A DNA stretch of 64,000 bases from assembly GCA_048213135.1 (NCBI GenBank), contig PS015088.1, forward strand, positions 64,180 through 128,179, written 5' to 3'. The DNA is from Reclinomonas americana ATCC 50394 (taxonomy: Eukaryota). Under the pieces are notes generated by a model. It saw only the letters and a list, made by a program, of their open reading frames with translations, had not been told where the DNA came from and did not search any database. Position 1 is the first letter of the stretch; each line of letters opens with the position of its first letter. Positions 11,909 through 24,821 of the stretch are shown piece after piece. The position numbers and the translations under genes are program-made.

Positions 11909-14900
11909 AAGCGCAGCAGCAGAGGAATGCGGAACCAGATCACAACTCGAGAGTAGTATAATGCGAGTGGTCAGGGAGTGAGAGAAAGTGACGCAGAGTC
12001 GAACCTGTGGATAGCCGAAGCAAGCCCCTTGACCATGAAACAAGACCCTATCTTCCCTCCCTCCCTTCCCCATTTCTACGCACCACCTGCAACTCATCGC
12101 GCAGCGACCTCTCCGTCTGCTCACACAATTTCGACAACTCCTCCTGTGCCAGCGACGCACGTCGCGACGAGGCAGTCACCTCCTGCGCCAGTCGCTCAAC
12201 TTGCGACTGCAGCCGGTCGATACGCTCATGTGCCTCCCTCAACTCGGTCTGCGCCGCGTCACGCTCTGCCAGCGTGCGAGTGTGCTCGCGTTGCATGTCC
12301 TGCAGTGCGGCCTTGGTGCTCTCGTATTGTTGTGTCAGCGCCGCCAGCTCCTCTGCGACACACGTGAGCAATCAAGACAGAAGAGCGATCATTTTCCGCT
12401 CACAAACCGTGGGCGACTTGCACACTGGACGAAGACTTGGCGTTGGACTGCTCGAGCTCCGACAGTGCGCGACGGGATTCTTCGTGCGCCACCTCCAGTC
12501 GTGATTTGATCTCTGCATGACGCAGAGGGTGAGACGAAACACACTCAACCTTGTGAAAAACGCGAGAAGGCTTTCTCGCTAATCGGCTGCGCACTGTTCA
12601 ACTCATGCTCCTCTAACAAGGACACCACAGTCGCCGATGGCGGAGCACTCTCGAGCAGTGCCATGCGCTGATTGGCATCCTCCAGCTCTCTCACGCACGC
12701 CGCGTGGCGTCCTGGGGCGGTGGTAAGTTCGACCACCACGGCCACCAGTAGGGGGGAAGAGAGGGAAGAGAGGGAAGAGAGGGAAGAGAGGGAAGAGAGG
12801 NNNNNNNNNNNNNNNNNNNNNNNNNNNNNNNNNNNNNNNNNNNNNNNNNNNNNNNNNNNNNNNNNNNNNNNNNNNNNNNNNNNNNNNNNNNNNNNNNNNN
12901 NNNNNNNNNNNNNNNNNNNNNNNNNNNNNNNNNNNNNNNNNNNNNNNNNNNNNNNNNNNNNNNNNNNNNNNNNNNNNNNNNNNNNNNNNNNNNNNNNNNN
13001 NNNNNNNNNNNNNNNNNNNNNNNNNNNNNNNNNNNNNNNNNNNNNNNNNNNNNNNNNNNNNNNNNNNNNNNNNNNNNNNNNNNNNNNNNNNNNNNNNNNN
13101 NNNNNNNNNNNNNNNNNNNNNNNNNNNNNNNNNNNNNNNNNNNNNNNNNNNNNNNNNNNNNNNNNNNNNNNNNNNNNNNGAAGAGAGGGAAGAGAGGGAA
13201 GAGAGGGAAGAGAGGGAAGAGAGAGGGAAGAGAGGGAAGAGAGGGAAGAGGGGGAAGAGGGGGAAGAGGGGGAAGAGAAGGGAAGAGAGAGGGAAGAGAG
13301 AAAGAGGGAGTGAATGAGAGAGTGGGAGACAGAGGGAGGAACCAGCCCCTTTCTTGCTCTCTCTCTATCACTCATTCTTGCAAAGTGTATCACTGTGCGT
13401 ACGCGCCGCAAGCCTGCCTTCTTCTGTCACTCGTCGGAAGGAGGAGAGGAGTGTGGAAGTGCTCAGTTTCTCTCCCTTTCTTGATCTCTAATCACGTGGA
13501 TCTGCTGAGCTGCCTTTTCCCCTCTTTGAGAGAGACACACAAACCTCGCAGCTCTTCGAGTTCGGCGACCAGCGCTGTTGGGAGGGGAAGGGAGTCAGCG
13601 AGAGGGAAAGACAAGAAAGAGATCAGCGAGCGCTGCTCACCTTGCTTGGCCTCTGACGACTGCTGAGCATCCAAGCGCGCTCCACTCAATTCGTGTTGGA
13701 GGGTTGCTGTCATGCGCAGTGTCAGTGGTCGTTGACGATACGAGAAACGAGATGAATTGGACGCACCGATTTGCGCGCGCAGAGTGTCCTGCAGCGACGC
13801 GTCGGCCGACGCACCGCCGGCAGATGCAGACTATGGATAGATGTGAGTAACTCACAGTGCATTCGCTCAGGTGGGCAGCTCGCTCACCAATTGCGCCTCG
13901 AGTTCGGCGATGCGCTGACGATCGGCGTCGCTTGTTTGCTGCACGCGCTGTTTCCCTTCCGCGGCTTTGGATTTGAAGGATTCGAATTCGTCGCGGACGT
14001 TGGTGAGCTCTTGGAGTTGGGTGGCGCTGGCGGCCAGGCGCTGATGACATAGGGAAGGGGGTGAGAAGTAGGAAGAAAAGGGAGAGAAAGGGGAAGCGAA
14101 GGGGGGAAGCGAAGGGGGGAAGCGAAGGGGGGAAGCGATGGGGGGAAGCGATGGGGGGAAGCGAAGGGGGGGAAGCGATGGGGGGGAAGCGAAGGGGGAA
14201 GCGAAGGGGGNNNNNNNNNNNNNNNNNNNNNNNNNNNNNNNNNNNNNNNNNNNNNNNNNNNNNNNNNNNNNNNNNNNNNNNNNNNNNNNNNNNNNNNNNN
14301 NNNNNNNNNNNNNNNNNNNNNNNNNNNNNNNNNNNNNNNNNNNNNNNNNNNNNNNNNNNNNNNNNNNNNNNNNNNNNNNNNNNNNNNNNNNNNNNNNNNN
14401 NNNNGAAGCGAAGGGGGAAGCGAAGGGGGAAGCGAAGGAGGGAAGCGAAGGAGGGAAGCAAAGGGGGGAAGCGAAGGGGGAAGCGAAGGGGGAGGAGAAG
14501 GGGGAAGCGAAGGGGAAGCGAAGGGGGAAGCACGAGGGGAAAGCGAAGGGGGTGAGAAGTAGGAAGAAAAGGGAGAGAACGGGGAAGCGAAGGGGGAAGA
14601 CGAAGGGAAGACGGAAGGGGGAGACGAAGGGGGAGGAGAAGGGGGGAAGAGATGGGTGAAGCGAAGAAGGGGGAAGGAGAAGAAGGGGAAGGAGAAGGGG
14701 AAGAGAAGGGGAAGAGCAGGGGGTAGAGAAGGGGGAAGCAAAGTGAAGAGAAGGAACAGTAATTCTGGGAATGGAACGGCAAAGCGAGAAAGGAACTGGT
14801 TGGTCAAGCCAAACGGGCAGCACATCACCAGCAAATGCAAGAAGAGAGAGGACAAATAGACACGTGAAAGCACTGGCAAGAAAGTTGAACGAATTTGAGG

Positions 14901-15515
14901 AGACCCTTCTCCTCCATCTCCCTCGCCCGCAACACACCGCCTCCAACGCATCACGATCCTGCGCGACCTTCTCGAACTCTCCACGCAGATCGAGCACACT
15001 CTGCTGCATTGTCNNNNNNNNNNNNNNNNNNNNTGTGAGTGAGTGAGTGAGTGAGTGAGTGAGTGAGTGAGTGAGTGAGTGTGTGAGTGAGTGAGTGAGT
15101 GAGTGAGTGAGTGAGTGAGTGAGTGTGTGTGTGTGTGAGTGAGTGTGTGTGTGTGTTTGTGTGACAACTGTCATCCCGCGACAGATGAGATGAGGCACAC
15201 ACACACACACACTCTCTCACACACACACTCTCTCTCTCTCTCTCTCAAAAACGCAACTCTTATACTTTGCAAAGACATCGCGCAATTGTGTGCTCTGCTT
15301 CTTGGTGAACTCAATGAGCTCTTCCCGCGAGGCAGTCGCAATTTGAAGCTTGGGCGCAGCTGCTTGTGCCTGTGAGAGAAAGAGAGTGAGTGAGCGATCA
15401 CACAACACACACACACACGCGCGACACGTGTGTGAGAGCATCTGTGTGTCTGTGTGAGAGAGTGTGTGGTGGTGTGCGTAACTGCAGAGCCCGAGGCTCC
15501 CACAGAGTCGCCCAT
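2180..15515 (-). CDS. Large multi-exon coiled-coil golgin with GRIP domain (GCC2/GCC185-like)
   Basis: Probable ATG at 15515 (MGDSVGASGSA), then exon KLQIATASREELIEFTKKQSTQLRD. Many A/E/Q/L-rich heptad exons follow, including a ~2.3 kb exon at ~8692-10988. The GRIP domain is split over two exons: VDMEYLKNVMIKFFEANDSDIQA (~4330-4400) and SMLPVISSLLQFTPEEQQRV (2746-2847). The final exons splice in frame to the stop at 2180. N gaps mean some exons may be missing. Confidence 0.85.
3060..3600. repeat. Intronic tandem duplication, ~233-bp period, in the intron that splits the GRIP domain
   Basis: gtgcgtcagaatgtcgctcagga...cttgacttctcactcctttttgtctcttcccattctgcaacc occurs at 3141 and 3374. Confidence 0.85.
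8700..9350 (-). repeat. Coding tandem repeat in golgin: alternating 63-bp (21-aa) units with a 126-bp higher-order period
   Basis: EEQARLATEAGGASEARLAAL alternates with EEQARLASEEAQAAKARLVEM; the string cctcactggccagtcgagcc recurs at 9091 and 9217. Confidence 0.9.
12801..13179. other. Assembly gap, one of several N runs (others include 14211-14404, 41503-41750, 43007-43513 and 56079-56264)
   Basis: Runs of n, mostly flanked by purine or pyrimidine microsatellites. Confidence 0.98.
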
Positions 15516-17220
15516 GTGTGAGCGTGTGTGTGTGTGTGCGACTTTGAAGTTTTTCGACCGTTGCACTTCGCGGGACAAGAGTGAAGTTGCGGTGTTTTCT
15601 TCCGTAGCGATCAGTCACCAACAAACGGGGGCTTTTCACTTGCTTTGCTTACAATCAAAAGACCGAAGGCAGATCAGAGCACAGGCAAAAGGGAAACACA
15701 CCCAAAAAGGTATGAACTATCACCAGTAGAGTCCGCTGTCAACAAGAAGACCGAAGATGTAGGAGAAAATCATAATCAACAATAGAATATTAAACCAGCG
15801 TGGACAATCGTGCCAACGCGCGGAATGAAAAGATGACGAGGAGAGACAAAGAGAATGCTGCTGTGGGTGATGAAGGTCCCAGGCGAAGTGAGCGTCTGTG
15901 TGCCGTAATGTGGCCAGGTGGTTCATAACTCTCGGTTGGAGCCACACCGAGGAGGGGGAGGAGGCACCCCATAAATGATGCCGCTTCATGCACGGTCATC
16001 GAACCACCCAACCGGCCGACACACTCAACTCACAATCACTTAAAGACCATACCACTACATACAACACACCTCTGCTCTGACGACACCCCTCACTCACACC
16101 CAACCAGACGCACATCGAATCACATGCCACGCACACACCAGAACCAAACGAAAAACAGTCGTTGCACCTGAGAAACACACCAAAACACGACTCATACCCA
16201 AACACGCCACTGCCCTACCAACCAACTTCTCCACAACACACATCCAACACTCACAGCCAACCACACTCGCATGCCCCACACCCCACACACATTACAAAGG
16301 AAAACGCTGACCGAACGGTCGACAGAACTATTAAGAGGTCGTAGCAGACGCAGATTGCTCCACGCCCACTATCCACGTGCGCAGGCGCGAACGACTCGTC
16401 AAGGCTCCTGTCGTCGTCTAATGGCAGCATCTGGCGCCGCACGCTGACTCCTAGTACGGGACCAAAAGGGGAAGGTGCATCACGCCAAGGCTAACGACAC
16501 GGACACACGGGGGAGAAGTGAGGACCGACCGTGCCGAGTGAAACACGACACGACCAAATAAGAGGAAACGGTATGTGTGACTGGAGTACGAGAAGAAAGG
16601 TAAAGTGTGAGTAGCGAGAAATAGGAAGAAGGGAGGGAGGGCGGGGAACAAGCAAATAAAAGTAGAACGATTGGAGGAAGAAGGGAGGGAGGGCGGGGAA
16701 CAAGCAAATAAAAGTAGAACGATTGGAGACGACGAATTTGAAATGAGTTGGCTCCTGATCGTTCTACTCCAGAAACCTCAGTATGTCTAACAACAACTAT
16801 CACTTGTGAGGTTTCGTTGTGAGCGATGAAAAGCCAGGTGGCGAATCTTTTGTGTGGCGATCAGCTGTTTGAATGGGCGTGCTTTGTTTTGGCGTGTGGA
16901 TTGCAAGTCGAGGAATTGAATTGGCGATCGATTTTGTGCCAATTGCAAGGTCATTGTCGGCAAGGGATTTGTGGGCGTTTGTCGCATTATTGGATTGTGG
17001 TGAATCAAGTGTTGTTGGTTGGCCATGGCTTTGCAATTGAATCCTTGGCCTCAAAGGGAAGATGACAGCACAACAATGTTTTTGTACAACGTTGGGGAAG
17101 AGGTGAATGAGAGCAAGCACACTACACTGTTGGCGGTCACCGGTTGATGCATATTGTTGCTCATGGGACCCTTGACCTCTTCTGTTCCACCACACCGCCA
17201 ATGACGACGCTGCTTGCCTG

Positions 17221-17458
17221 CTTCACGGATCCGGACCGGTACCCGGCTTTGCTTTGTTTGCCTGGCTTTGGCCTTTTCCCGAATTCGATGTGCCGTGTAT
17301 GATCGCAGAAAACGCTATGCGTCTATGCAAGTGTGTCAAATCCACTGGTCAACCACGCTTATGCGGTGAAGATCGCAGTTCTCGACTTGTTCGGAGCTCC
17401 GAGAGCGAACATGTACACACACACAAGGAACCTGCTGCTGCCTCAAGATTGGTGTCTG
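17221..17458 (+). repeat. Dispersed ~230-bp repeat, copy 1 (possible SINE/MITE-like element or gene relic)
   Basis: cttcacggatccggac...cccggctttgctttgtttgcctggct...gatcgcagttctcgacttgttcg...cctgctgctgcctcaagattggtgtctg is found again as the reverse complement at 35224-35445 and partly at 35566-35742. Confidence 0.85.
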
Positions 17459-17689
17459 TGTCGATGTTTTGGATACGGTTGAACTCAATCCAGACAGCTG
17501 ATGCGGTTGTTGCAGATCGCGCGAATCGATGTCGTCCTTGCGGACAACGAAGCTGCAATAACAACAACAATCCATTCACCAACAAGCTGTCTTGATGACC
17601 AAGTCCAACACAAACACCAGTCTTGGTGGCAGCAGCAGCGTGCACACCAAGTCCATGATACGTAACAGATCTTCCCTTTGCCCTACGAT

Positions 17690-20600
17690 TCACTCCACCA
17701 GATACACCTCATAGTCCGCCACCATAAAGTACGGCGCACCCATCAACGTCTTGCTATTGCACGCCCCACCATCCGTGCTCTGGTACGACTCGGGTGCACT
17801 GCTGCTCTGCCCGTTACTGTTGCACGCGTCCGCCACGGACAGGCACCCAGAGCCCGAGATCAGACTGGAGACGGATCCACCGCCGCCAAAGATCGGCCCG
17901 TGTCTGCCGAGATGAAACACGGCATGCTGTTTGCGCTCCTCTTTCAGCGCGAATCGTCGCGCACCTCCATCGCTCCACGATGCCGAGAAGAGGAAGCTGG
18001 AACAGGATGGGTCGCCGGCACGATCGCCCGACGACTGCCACGGGACAGGCGTGTATCCGCCACACACGCGCCCCTTGGATGACTTGATCACAACCAGTGT
18101 TGCTCTGTACGCCGGAAGTCAATCATCTCCTTCTTTCTCTCTCACTCCCTCCCATTCTCACTCTCTTTCTCTCTTCTTTCTTTCTTTCTCTCTTTCTTTC
18201 TCTCTCCCTCCCTCTCTTTCTCTCTCTCTCTTTCTTTCTTATCCCCTCTCTTTCTCTCTCTTTTTCTCTCTCACTCTCTATTTCTTTCTTTCTTCTTTCA
18301 TTTTGTTTCTTTCTTTTCTTTCTTGCTCTCTTTCTTTCATTCTTTCTTCTTTCTTTCTCTCATTTTCTCTCTCTCTCTGTTTTTCTTTCTTCTTTCTGCT
18401 GTCTTTCTTTCTCTCTGTCTGTCTGTCTACCTGTCCTTCTCTCTTTTCTGTTTCTCTCTTTTTCTGTCTCTCTTTTTCTCTCATTTTTCTTTCTCTCCTC
18501 TCACTCGCTGTCATTCTTTCTTTCTTTCTCTTCCTCTCCACTCTCCACAGCACTTCCTCTTGCCTCTCTAAACCTCATTTCCTTCTTTGTTTCCCTCAAT
18601 CTGACATTCTCATCTCTCTCTTTCTCCCTCTCTTGCCCTCTCTTTCTTTCTTTCTTAGTTTTTTCTTTTTCTTTCCTTCAATCTGTCTTTCTTCTCTCCC
18701 TCTGTCTGTCTGTCTGCCTGTCCTTCTCTCTTTCCTTCTTACTTCTTCTACTTTCTGCTTTATTTCTCTCTTTCTCTCTCTCTTCCTCTCCTTCTCCTTC
18801 TCCCTTTCCTTCCCTCCCCCTCCCCCTCTCCCTCACCCTCCCCCTCCCCCTCCCCCTCCCCCTCCCCCTCTCCACACTCACCCACGATCGTCGCACCGCT
18901 GATGGAATGCGTGCGCCGAATAGCCATCCCGACTGGCCTTGAACAGCAACGTCAACCGCAGTGCATTCTTGCCGCCACGCGCCTGCTGCACCCACTGCAT
19001 CACCACTCGCGCATCGGCCGCACTCAGCAGGCCGTCGGCAGAACTCAGCAGCTCGAAGCTGCGCTCGTGCTCCTCCCGTGCTCTGATCTGCCGCTCTCGC
19101 TCCTCTCGCTCTCTGGCCTGCCGCTCGCGTTCCGCAGCTTCGCGTTCTTGCAGTGCGCGTTCGCGCATCTCCAGGGGCTCGAGACGGGCGAGCAGCTGCG
19201 TAAAGGGAAGGAGGATAAGGGGAGGAGTACAAGAATAAGTTGAGGACGCTAAATGCAGAACAAACCTCGGCAACACCTCTCTCGAGAGTTTCGCGCATGC
19301 GACGCTCTGCAGCAAGTTGCTCCCTGCTTTCCACAAGCTGCCGGGAGAGTTCGTGCACTCGGCCATGCAGCTGTGCATGTAAAATGTGAGGCACAACGTG
19401 TGCATCAGTGCCAGAACCCAATCACGCATACCTCACGCAGTGGTCGTTCCACTCGCAACACATCGCACACTCGCTCATGCTCCTCCCGCTCACCAACGAC
19501 GCCATGCCATTCGCATCCCAGTTCGTTGCCACGGCACGCTGTCTGCAGGAGGCGGCACTCCGTTTCTGCAACACAGGATAAATTAGTGTCACACGACGCA
19601 CTCCGTTACAAAGCACACTCACCAAGATGTCGTTGCATCTCAGCCAATGAACATTGCTGTTGACATCCACGCGGACACGCTCGCATGCACCCGGTTCTGC
19701 TGTGCTCCACCATCTCGTTCAATGCCAGTTGCATTCCGCATCCGAGAGGGCACTCGCGCAAGCATCCGCTCCACGCATGTTCCGCCGTGCGGTCCAGAGT
19801 CATCTGCTGTCCACATCTGTCGCACGTGTGCAAACACTGCGAGGGGCCATGCGTGCGGTAATAATCGCCCACCGTCTGTTTTCATCCACAGTGATCAGGA
19901 GAAGAGAAAGATTGAGTGGAAGGAAGTTGGGGACAGCAAACCGTCGGTACATGGCATCGTGGGCATGTTACCTGTGGCCTCCATCATGTCAGCATTTTTG
20001 GCGATGCACAGCGAGGACAGTCAGACGAAACGTTCATGTTGCTGTACATGAGCTGCAGTCGTCGTGGTGCCTCCTTCAATGTGGCCAAAGATGTGGCTCC
20101 GTCGCCACAAAGATCAGAGCCAGCCGCTGTCACGTGTTCACTGTGAAGCACGAGTCAGTAAAAGGGAAAGGAAGTGCTGGAGAAAGAGAGAAACAGAGAG
20201 GGGAGGTAGAAGAGACGGATTTGGGATGCTCAGTGCAGTGAGAGGTAGAGAGAGACACACACAAATGCACAAAGAGAGAGAGATACACAAAGAGAGGGCG
20301 AAGATGAGAGAGGTACGTGTTAGAGGAGACTCTAAGACTGCAAGATGAAGAGTGACGAAAAGGCGGAGAGTGTGCAAGAGAAAGAACAGACTTGGGATGC
20401 AACTGAAGACAGAACGCCAGAGACCAAGTGAGAAAGACAGTGTAGAAAGAGTGTGAGGGAGACGAAGGAGACGAGGGAGAGGCGAGAGAAGTCGGAGTCG
20501 AGAGAGGAGAGCATACAACGAGACGCTGAAAGTCGTGTGAAGTAATAAACCATGCAGAGAATGATGAAGAGTAAAAGAGAGACAACGGAGGAGGCCGAGG

Positions 20601-21605
20601 GAAGAGAGACAGACTTGAGATGCAACTGAAGACAGAACGCCAGAGACCAAGTGAGAAAGACAGTGTAGAAAGAGTGTGAGGGAGACGAAGGAGACGAGGG
20701 AGAGGCGAGAGAAGTCGGAGTCGAGAGAGAAGAGCATACAACGAGACGCTGAAGGTCGTGTGAAGAAACAAATCATGCAGAGAAAGATGAAGAGTAAAAG
20801 AGAGACAACGGAGGAGGCCGAGGGAAAAGACAGACTTGGGATGCAACTGAACACAGACAGGATTCAGTGGAAGAAACGGAGAGACATTGAACGAGAAATG
20901 AAACCGAGACAGACGGGAAGTGAGATAAGATGCAACTGAGTGGAGATCCACAGAGACCAAGTGAGGAAGACAGTGGCGAGGATGGCAGATCGTGAGACAG
21001 AGGGAAGAGACAGAGTTGCGACGGAACTGGACAACACCAGAGACCGAGCGACAAAAACGAATGCACAAGAATTGAGAGACATATGCAAACAGGCACTACG
21101 CTGCCTCGTTCCACTCACCGACACAAGTGATGCAGCTCGCTGGCACACAGAACAAAGTCTGGAGTGCACAAATCCTGGTCCAGAAAATGAAGTCATTCAA
21201 TGCGAACACACACACGCACAGAGAGAGAGAGAGAGAGCATGAGTGTGTGCGACAGAGAGAGCATGAGTGTGTCTGTGTGTATGAGAGAAAGAAGAGCGAG
21301 TGGACACTAACCATGCACACTGGACACTTGTATTCTTCCGCCAATGCCCGCGACTCTTGCACGACTTGTTCCATCCACAATCGTGGTGGATGCACATCCT
21401 CACCTGCTGCCTCTGATGGCTGGCGACGATTCACAGCGCGCACCACGCGGAACTCATACTGTTCCTCAGAGTCAGCAAGTCGCAAGATGTGTTGCTCGAG
21501 AACGATCTCGCTGGCACAGTCGGTGATAGGGGGAGCGGGTGGAAGAGGATGAGGAGCGGAGGCTGATCCACTGCCTTTGCCGCTGTTTGCGTCCTCGAAA
21601 CCCAT
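17690..21605 (-). CDS. Variant RING + TRAF-type zinc fingers + coiled coil + TLDc protein, paralogue A
   Basis: ATG 21605 (MGFEDA). Spliced RING-like CPVCM|DLCTPDFVLCASELHHLC|REHVTAAGSDLCGDG. Zinc fingers CDRCGQQMTLDRTAEHAWSGC, CPLGCGMQLALNEMVEHSRTGC, CPRGC...QRHL and CRGNELGCEWHGVVGEREEHERVC. E/R-rich coil. TLDc LTLLFKASRDGYSAHAFHQRCDDR|...IKSSKGRVCGGYTPVPW...DPSCSSFLFS...GPIFGGG...DYEVYLVE, stop 17690. Confidence 0.85.
20387..20960. repeat. Intronic tandem repeat, ~222-bp period, about 2.5 copies
   Basis: cagacttg(g/a)gatgcaactgaa starts at 20387, 20610 and 20831; the first two copies are near-identical over their length. Confidence 0.85.
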
Positions 21606-21712
21606 TCGCGGCCAGGTGTACGACGGAACAGAGTTTTGCGTCCTTCGCCTAAGCGGCGACGTTGACGACGAGTGGCGAGAAGACAAAAGCAGGCTGTAAC
21701 TTCATTATTCAT

Positions 21713-23342
21713 TTACTCCACGAGAAACACTTCGTAGTCTGCTACTTTGAAAAGCTTCGACCCGACGAACGTCGTGTCATCGCACGCTCCACCGTCGGCG
21801 CTCTGGTACGAATACGGGTTGCCGCCGTCACTGTTGCTGTTGCTGTTGCAGTTGTCGGTCAAGAAAAGAGCGCCTGAGGATCCTCCGAATGTCGGTCCAT
21901 TGGCAGAGTTGTGCTGAACGGCAGACTGTTTCTGATCGGCCTTTAGCGCGAAGCGTCGCGCACTTGCACCACTCCACGATGCGGAGAACAGGAAGGTGGT
22001 GCCTGACGGATCGGCGACATAAACTCCTCCCAACGTGCCAGCCTGCCACGAGATACGTGTGTACCCGCCGCACACTCGTCCTGTCGACGACTTGACCACC
22101 GTCAGAGTCGCTCTGCGCGCCACCACTCGTTAACAAGTCACCGAGAAGTCTCCCCCTCTTCACTCACTCACCCTCGATTGTCACATCGCTTATGGAACGT
22201 GGCTGCTGAAAACCCATCTCGACTGCCCTTGAACAACAGCGTCAACTTGGGCACACTTCCACCACCACCTCGCGCTTGCTGCACCCACTGCAGCACCACC
22301 CGTCCATCCGCCGCACTCAGCAGATCGCTGTCAATCTTCCTCTCCGCTCGCTCGCGCTCCTCTCGTTCCCTGGCCTCGCGCTCTCGTTCCTCCCGCTCTC
22401 TGGCCTGCCGCTCTCTCTCCTCCTGCTCCCTGGCCAGCCTTTCTCGTTTAGCCGCCTCCCGTTCCTGGATCGCTCGTTCACGCATCTCCAGTGGCTCGAG
22501 ACGAGCGAGCAGCTGCAGTACAAGAGTCGGAATGAAGGGAGAAGAACAAGTAACCGGCATTCTCATCACAGACCTCAGTAAAGCCTCTCTCGAGAGCTTC
22601 TCGCATGCGACGCTCGGATCCAAGTTGCTCAGTGCATAAAGCAAGTCGGTCATCAGTGCCTTGCCTTGCTCGTTGCTCAGCGATCAATCGCTCCTCCACA
22701 GCTTGCCTCGCCTCTCTCTCTCGAGCAAGCTGCTCCCTGCTCTCAGCCACCAACTGTGAAAGTTCACGCACTTGCATGTGAAGCTGTGGAAGCTCTCGCA
22801 CTCGATCATGCAGCTGCACGCACAATTAAGTCAGTGCAGAAACAAGAGTTTCACTTCTCATCATCCCAAAACTCACCTCACGCAGCGGTCGCTCCACTCG
22901 CAGCACATCGCACACTCGCTCATGCTCCTCCCTCTGCCCAAGGACACCCCGCCACTCACACCCCAGTTCACCACCGCGACACGCAGTGTATTGCAGTCGG
23001 CACTCCGTTTCTGTCACGAGGACACCATATCAGTGTCATGACACATGCACTCTCCTTCCAAGCACACTTACCAAGATGCCGCTGCATCTCCGCCAGTGGA
23101 CAAAGCTGCTGACATCCACGTGGACATGCTCGCATGCACCCACTCCAGCTGTGCTCCACCATCTCACTCAGTGCCATCCTCGCTCCACACCCCAGTGGAC
23201 ACTCCCGCAAGCACCCACTCCACTTATGCTCCGCAGTGCGATCGAGTGTCATCTGCTGTCCACACCTCTCGCAGGTATACGAACACTGCGATGGGCCATG
23301 TGTGCGGTAATAGTCGCCGACCGTCTGTTCAACAACAGTGAG

Positions 23343-23382
<40 letters not shown>

Positions 23383-24789
23383 CTGAGAAGGAAGACTAGA
23401 GACTGAGAATGAGAGAGAGCGAAGAGAACGAGAGAAGACACCAAGACTGAGAGGCGCAAGTGTGGTAGAGGGAGATATAAAGAGAGGATGATAGGGAGCG
23501 AAGAGAACGAGAGAAGACACCAAGAATGAGAGGACATGGGGAGAGACAGAGATGGCATGTTTGTGTGTGTGTGAGAGAGAGAGAGAACACAACACACGAC
23601 ACAAACCATGGGCGCGTGACACAATGGACATTCAATCTACTTTCATCATCTCGGCATGAGTACTCCAAAAAGAACACACACACGTGAAAGAGAAAGCAGC
23701 AACCTTCAAGTTCTCATACGTCAAGCGCAGTCGGCGCTGCACCTCATGCGCCGTGGCACGAGTCGTGACTCCATCGCCGCACAGATCCACTTCCGCGTCG
23801 GTAATATGCTCACTGGCGACGCATGCTGCTCGTCAGCGTGAACGCACGCCACAGACACGGACAGCTACCAACTCACCGACACAAGTGATGCAACTCGCTG
23901 GCGCACAACATGAATTCCGGAGCGCACAGATCCTACGTAGTTCAAGGAAACGTGAGGAAGAGAGAAGAGGGACAGAGAGGAAAGCGGGAAAAGGAGAAAC
24001 AAGAAAGCAAGATGAGGAAGAGTGTGTGAGAGAGAGGGAGGAAGAGAGACGGAAGGGAGGAGCGAGAGGAGAGAGCAAGAGTGAGAAGGAGAAGGAACAG
24101 GAAGCAGACGACAAGGATGATATGTGCGTGATACGACAGAGACGGAGAGTGTGACAGAGTGAGAGAGTGCTGTGACAGAGTGAGAGAGTGCTGCGATTGA
24201 GTGGGAGAGATAGAGAAAAGAGTGCAGTGAGAGGAGGAGAGGAGGAAGAAGAATAAGAGGCGAAACAAGGAGAGGAGGATGTGGAATACGACAGGGAAAG
24301 TGGGTGACTGAGGCAGAGAGGATGAGAGAAGCGAGAGTGTGCTGAGGTATCAGGAGAACACAAGAGTCAAGAAATGCCCTCGACGTCTCTCTTTGTCTCA
24401 AACATACTCACACCGCGCGCAAACAAGGAGAGTAACTGTCCATGCATCGGAGAAACTTTCCTGCGATGTGTGTGTGTCTCGCTCACTCACTCTCCCTCTC
24501 TCTCTCCTTCACACACACACACACACACAAGCACAAACGCGTAATGAAGAAAGCTGCACTGTTGTGACATCCAGAGAAACACAAGAGTCATGACACTCCA
24601 TTTCTCTCTTTCTTCTTCTCTCACTCTCTCTCTCACACACACACACATACACATACACACATACAAACATACACACACACACGCGCGCGCATACACACAC
24701 ACACACGAACGCACAAACGCGCAAAGAGGGAGAGCAGCAAAGTTCTGACATCAGGGGAAACACAAGAGTCATGGCGAAAACTTCATCTC

Positions 24790-24821
<32 letters not shown>

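Noticed and set aside
14090-14620. GAAGCGAAGGGG-type repeat shared with 32750-33130, considered as a telomeric or mobile repeat
   Set aside because: Degenerate intronic microsatellite with no defined ends and no terminal position.
16400-16480. tRNA-like start (cctgtcgtcgtctaatggcagcatc)
   Set aside because: No T-loop GTTC motif or acceptor-stem pairing at the expected distance.
15720-17210. Possible gene relics upstream of the golgin (also 25900-26600)
   Set aside because: Short frames broken by stops, with no recognisable domain or consistent splice model.
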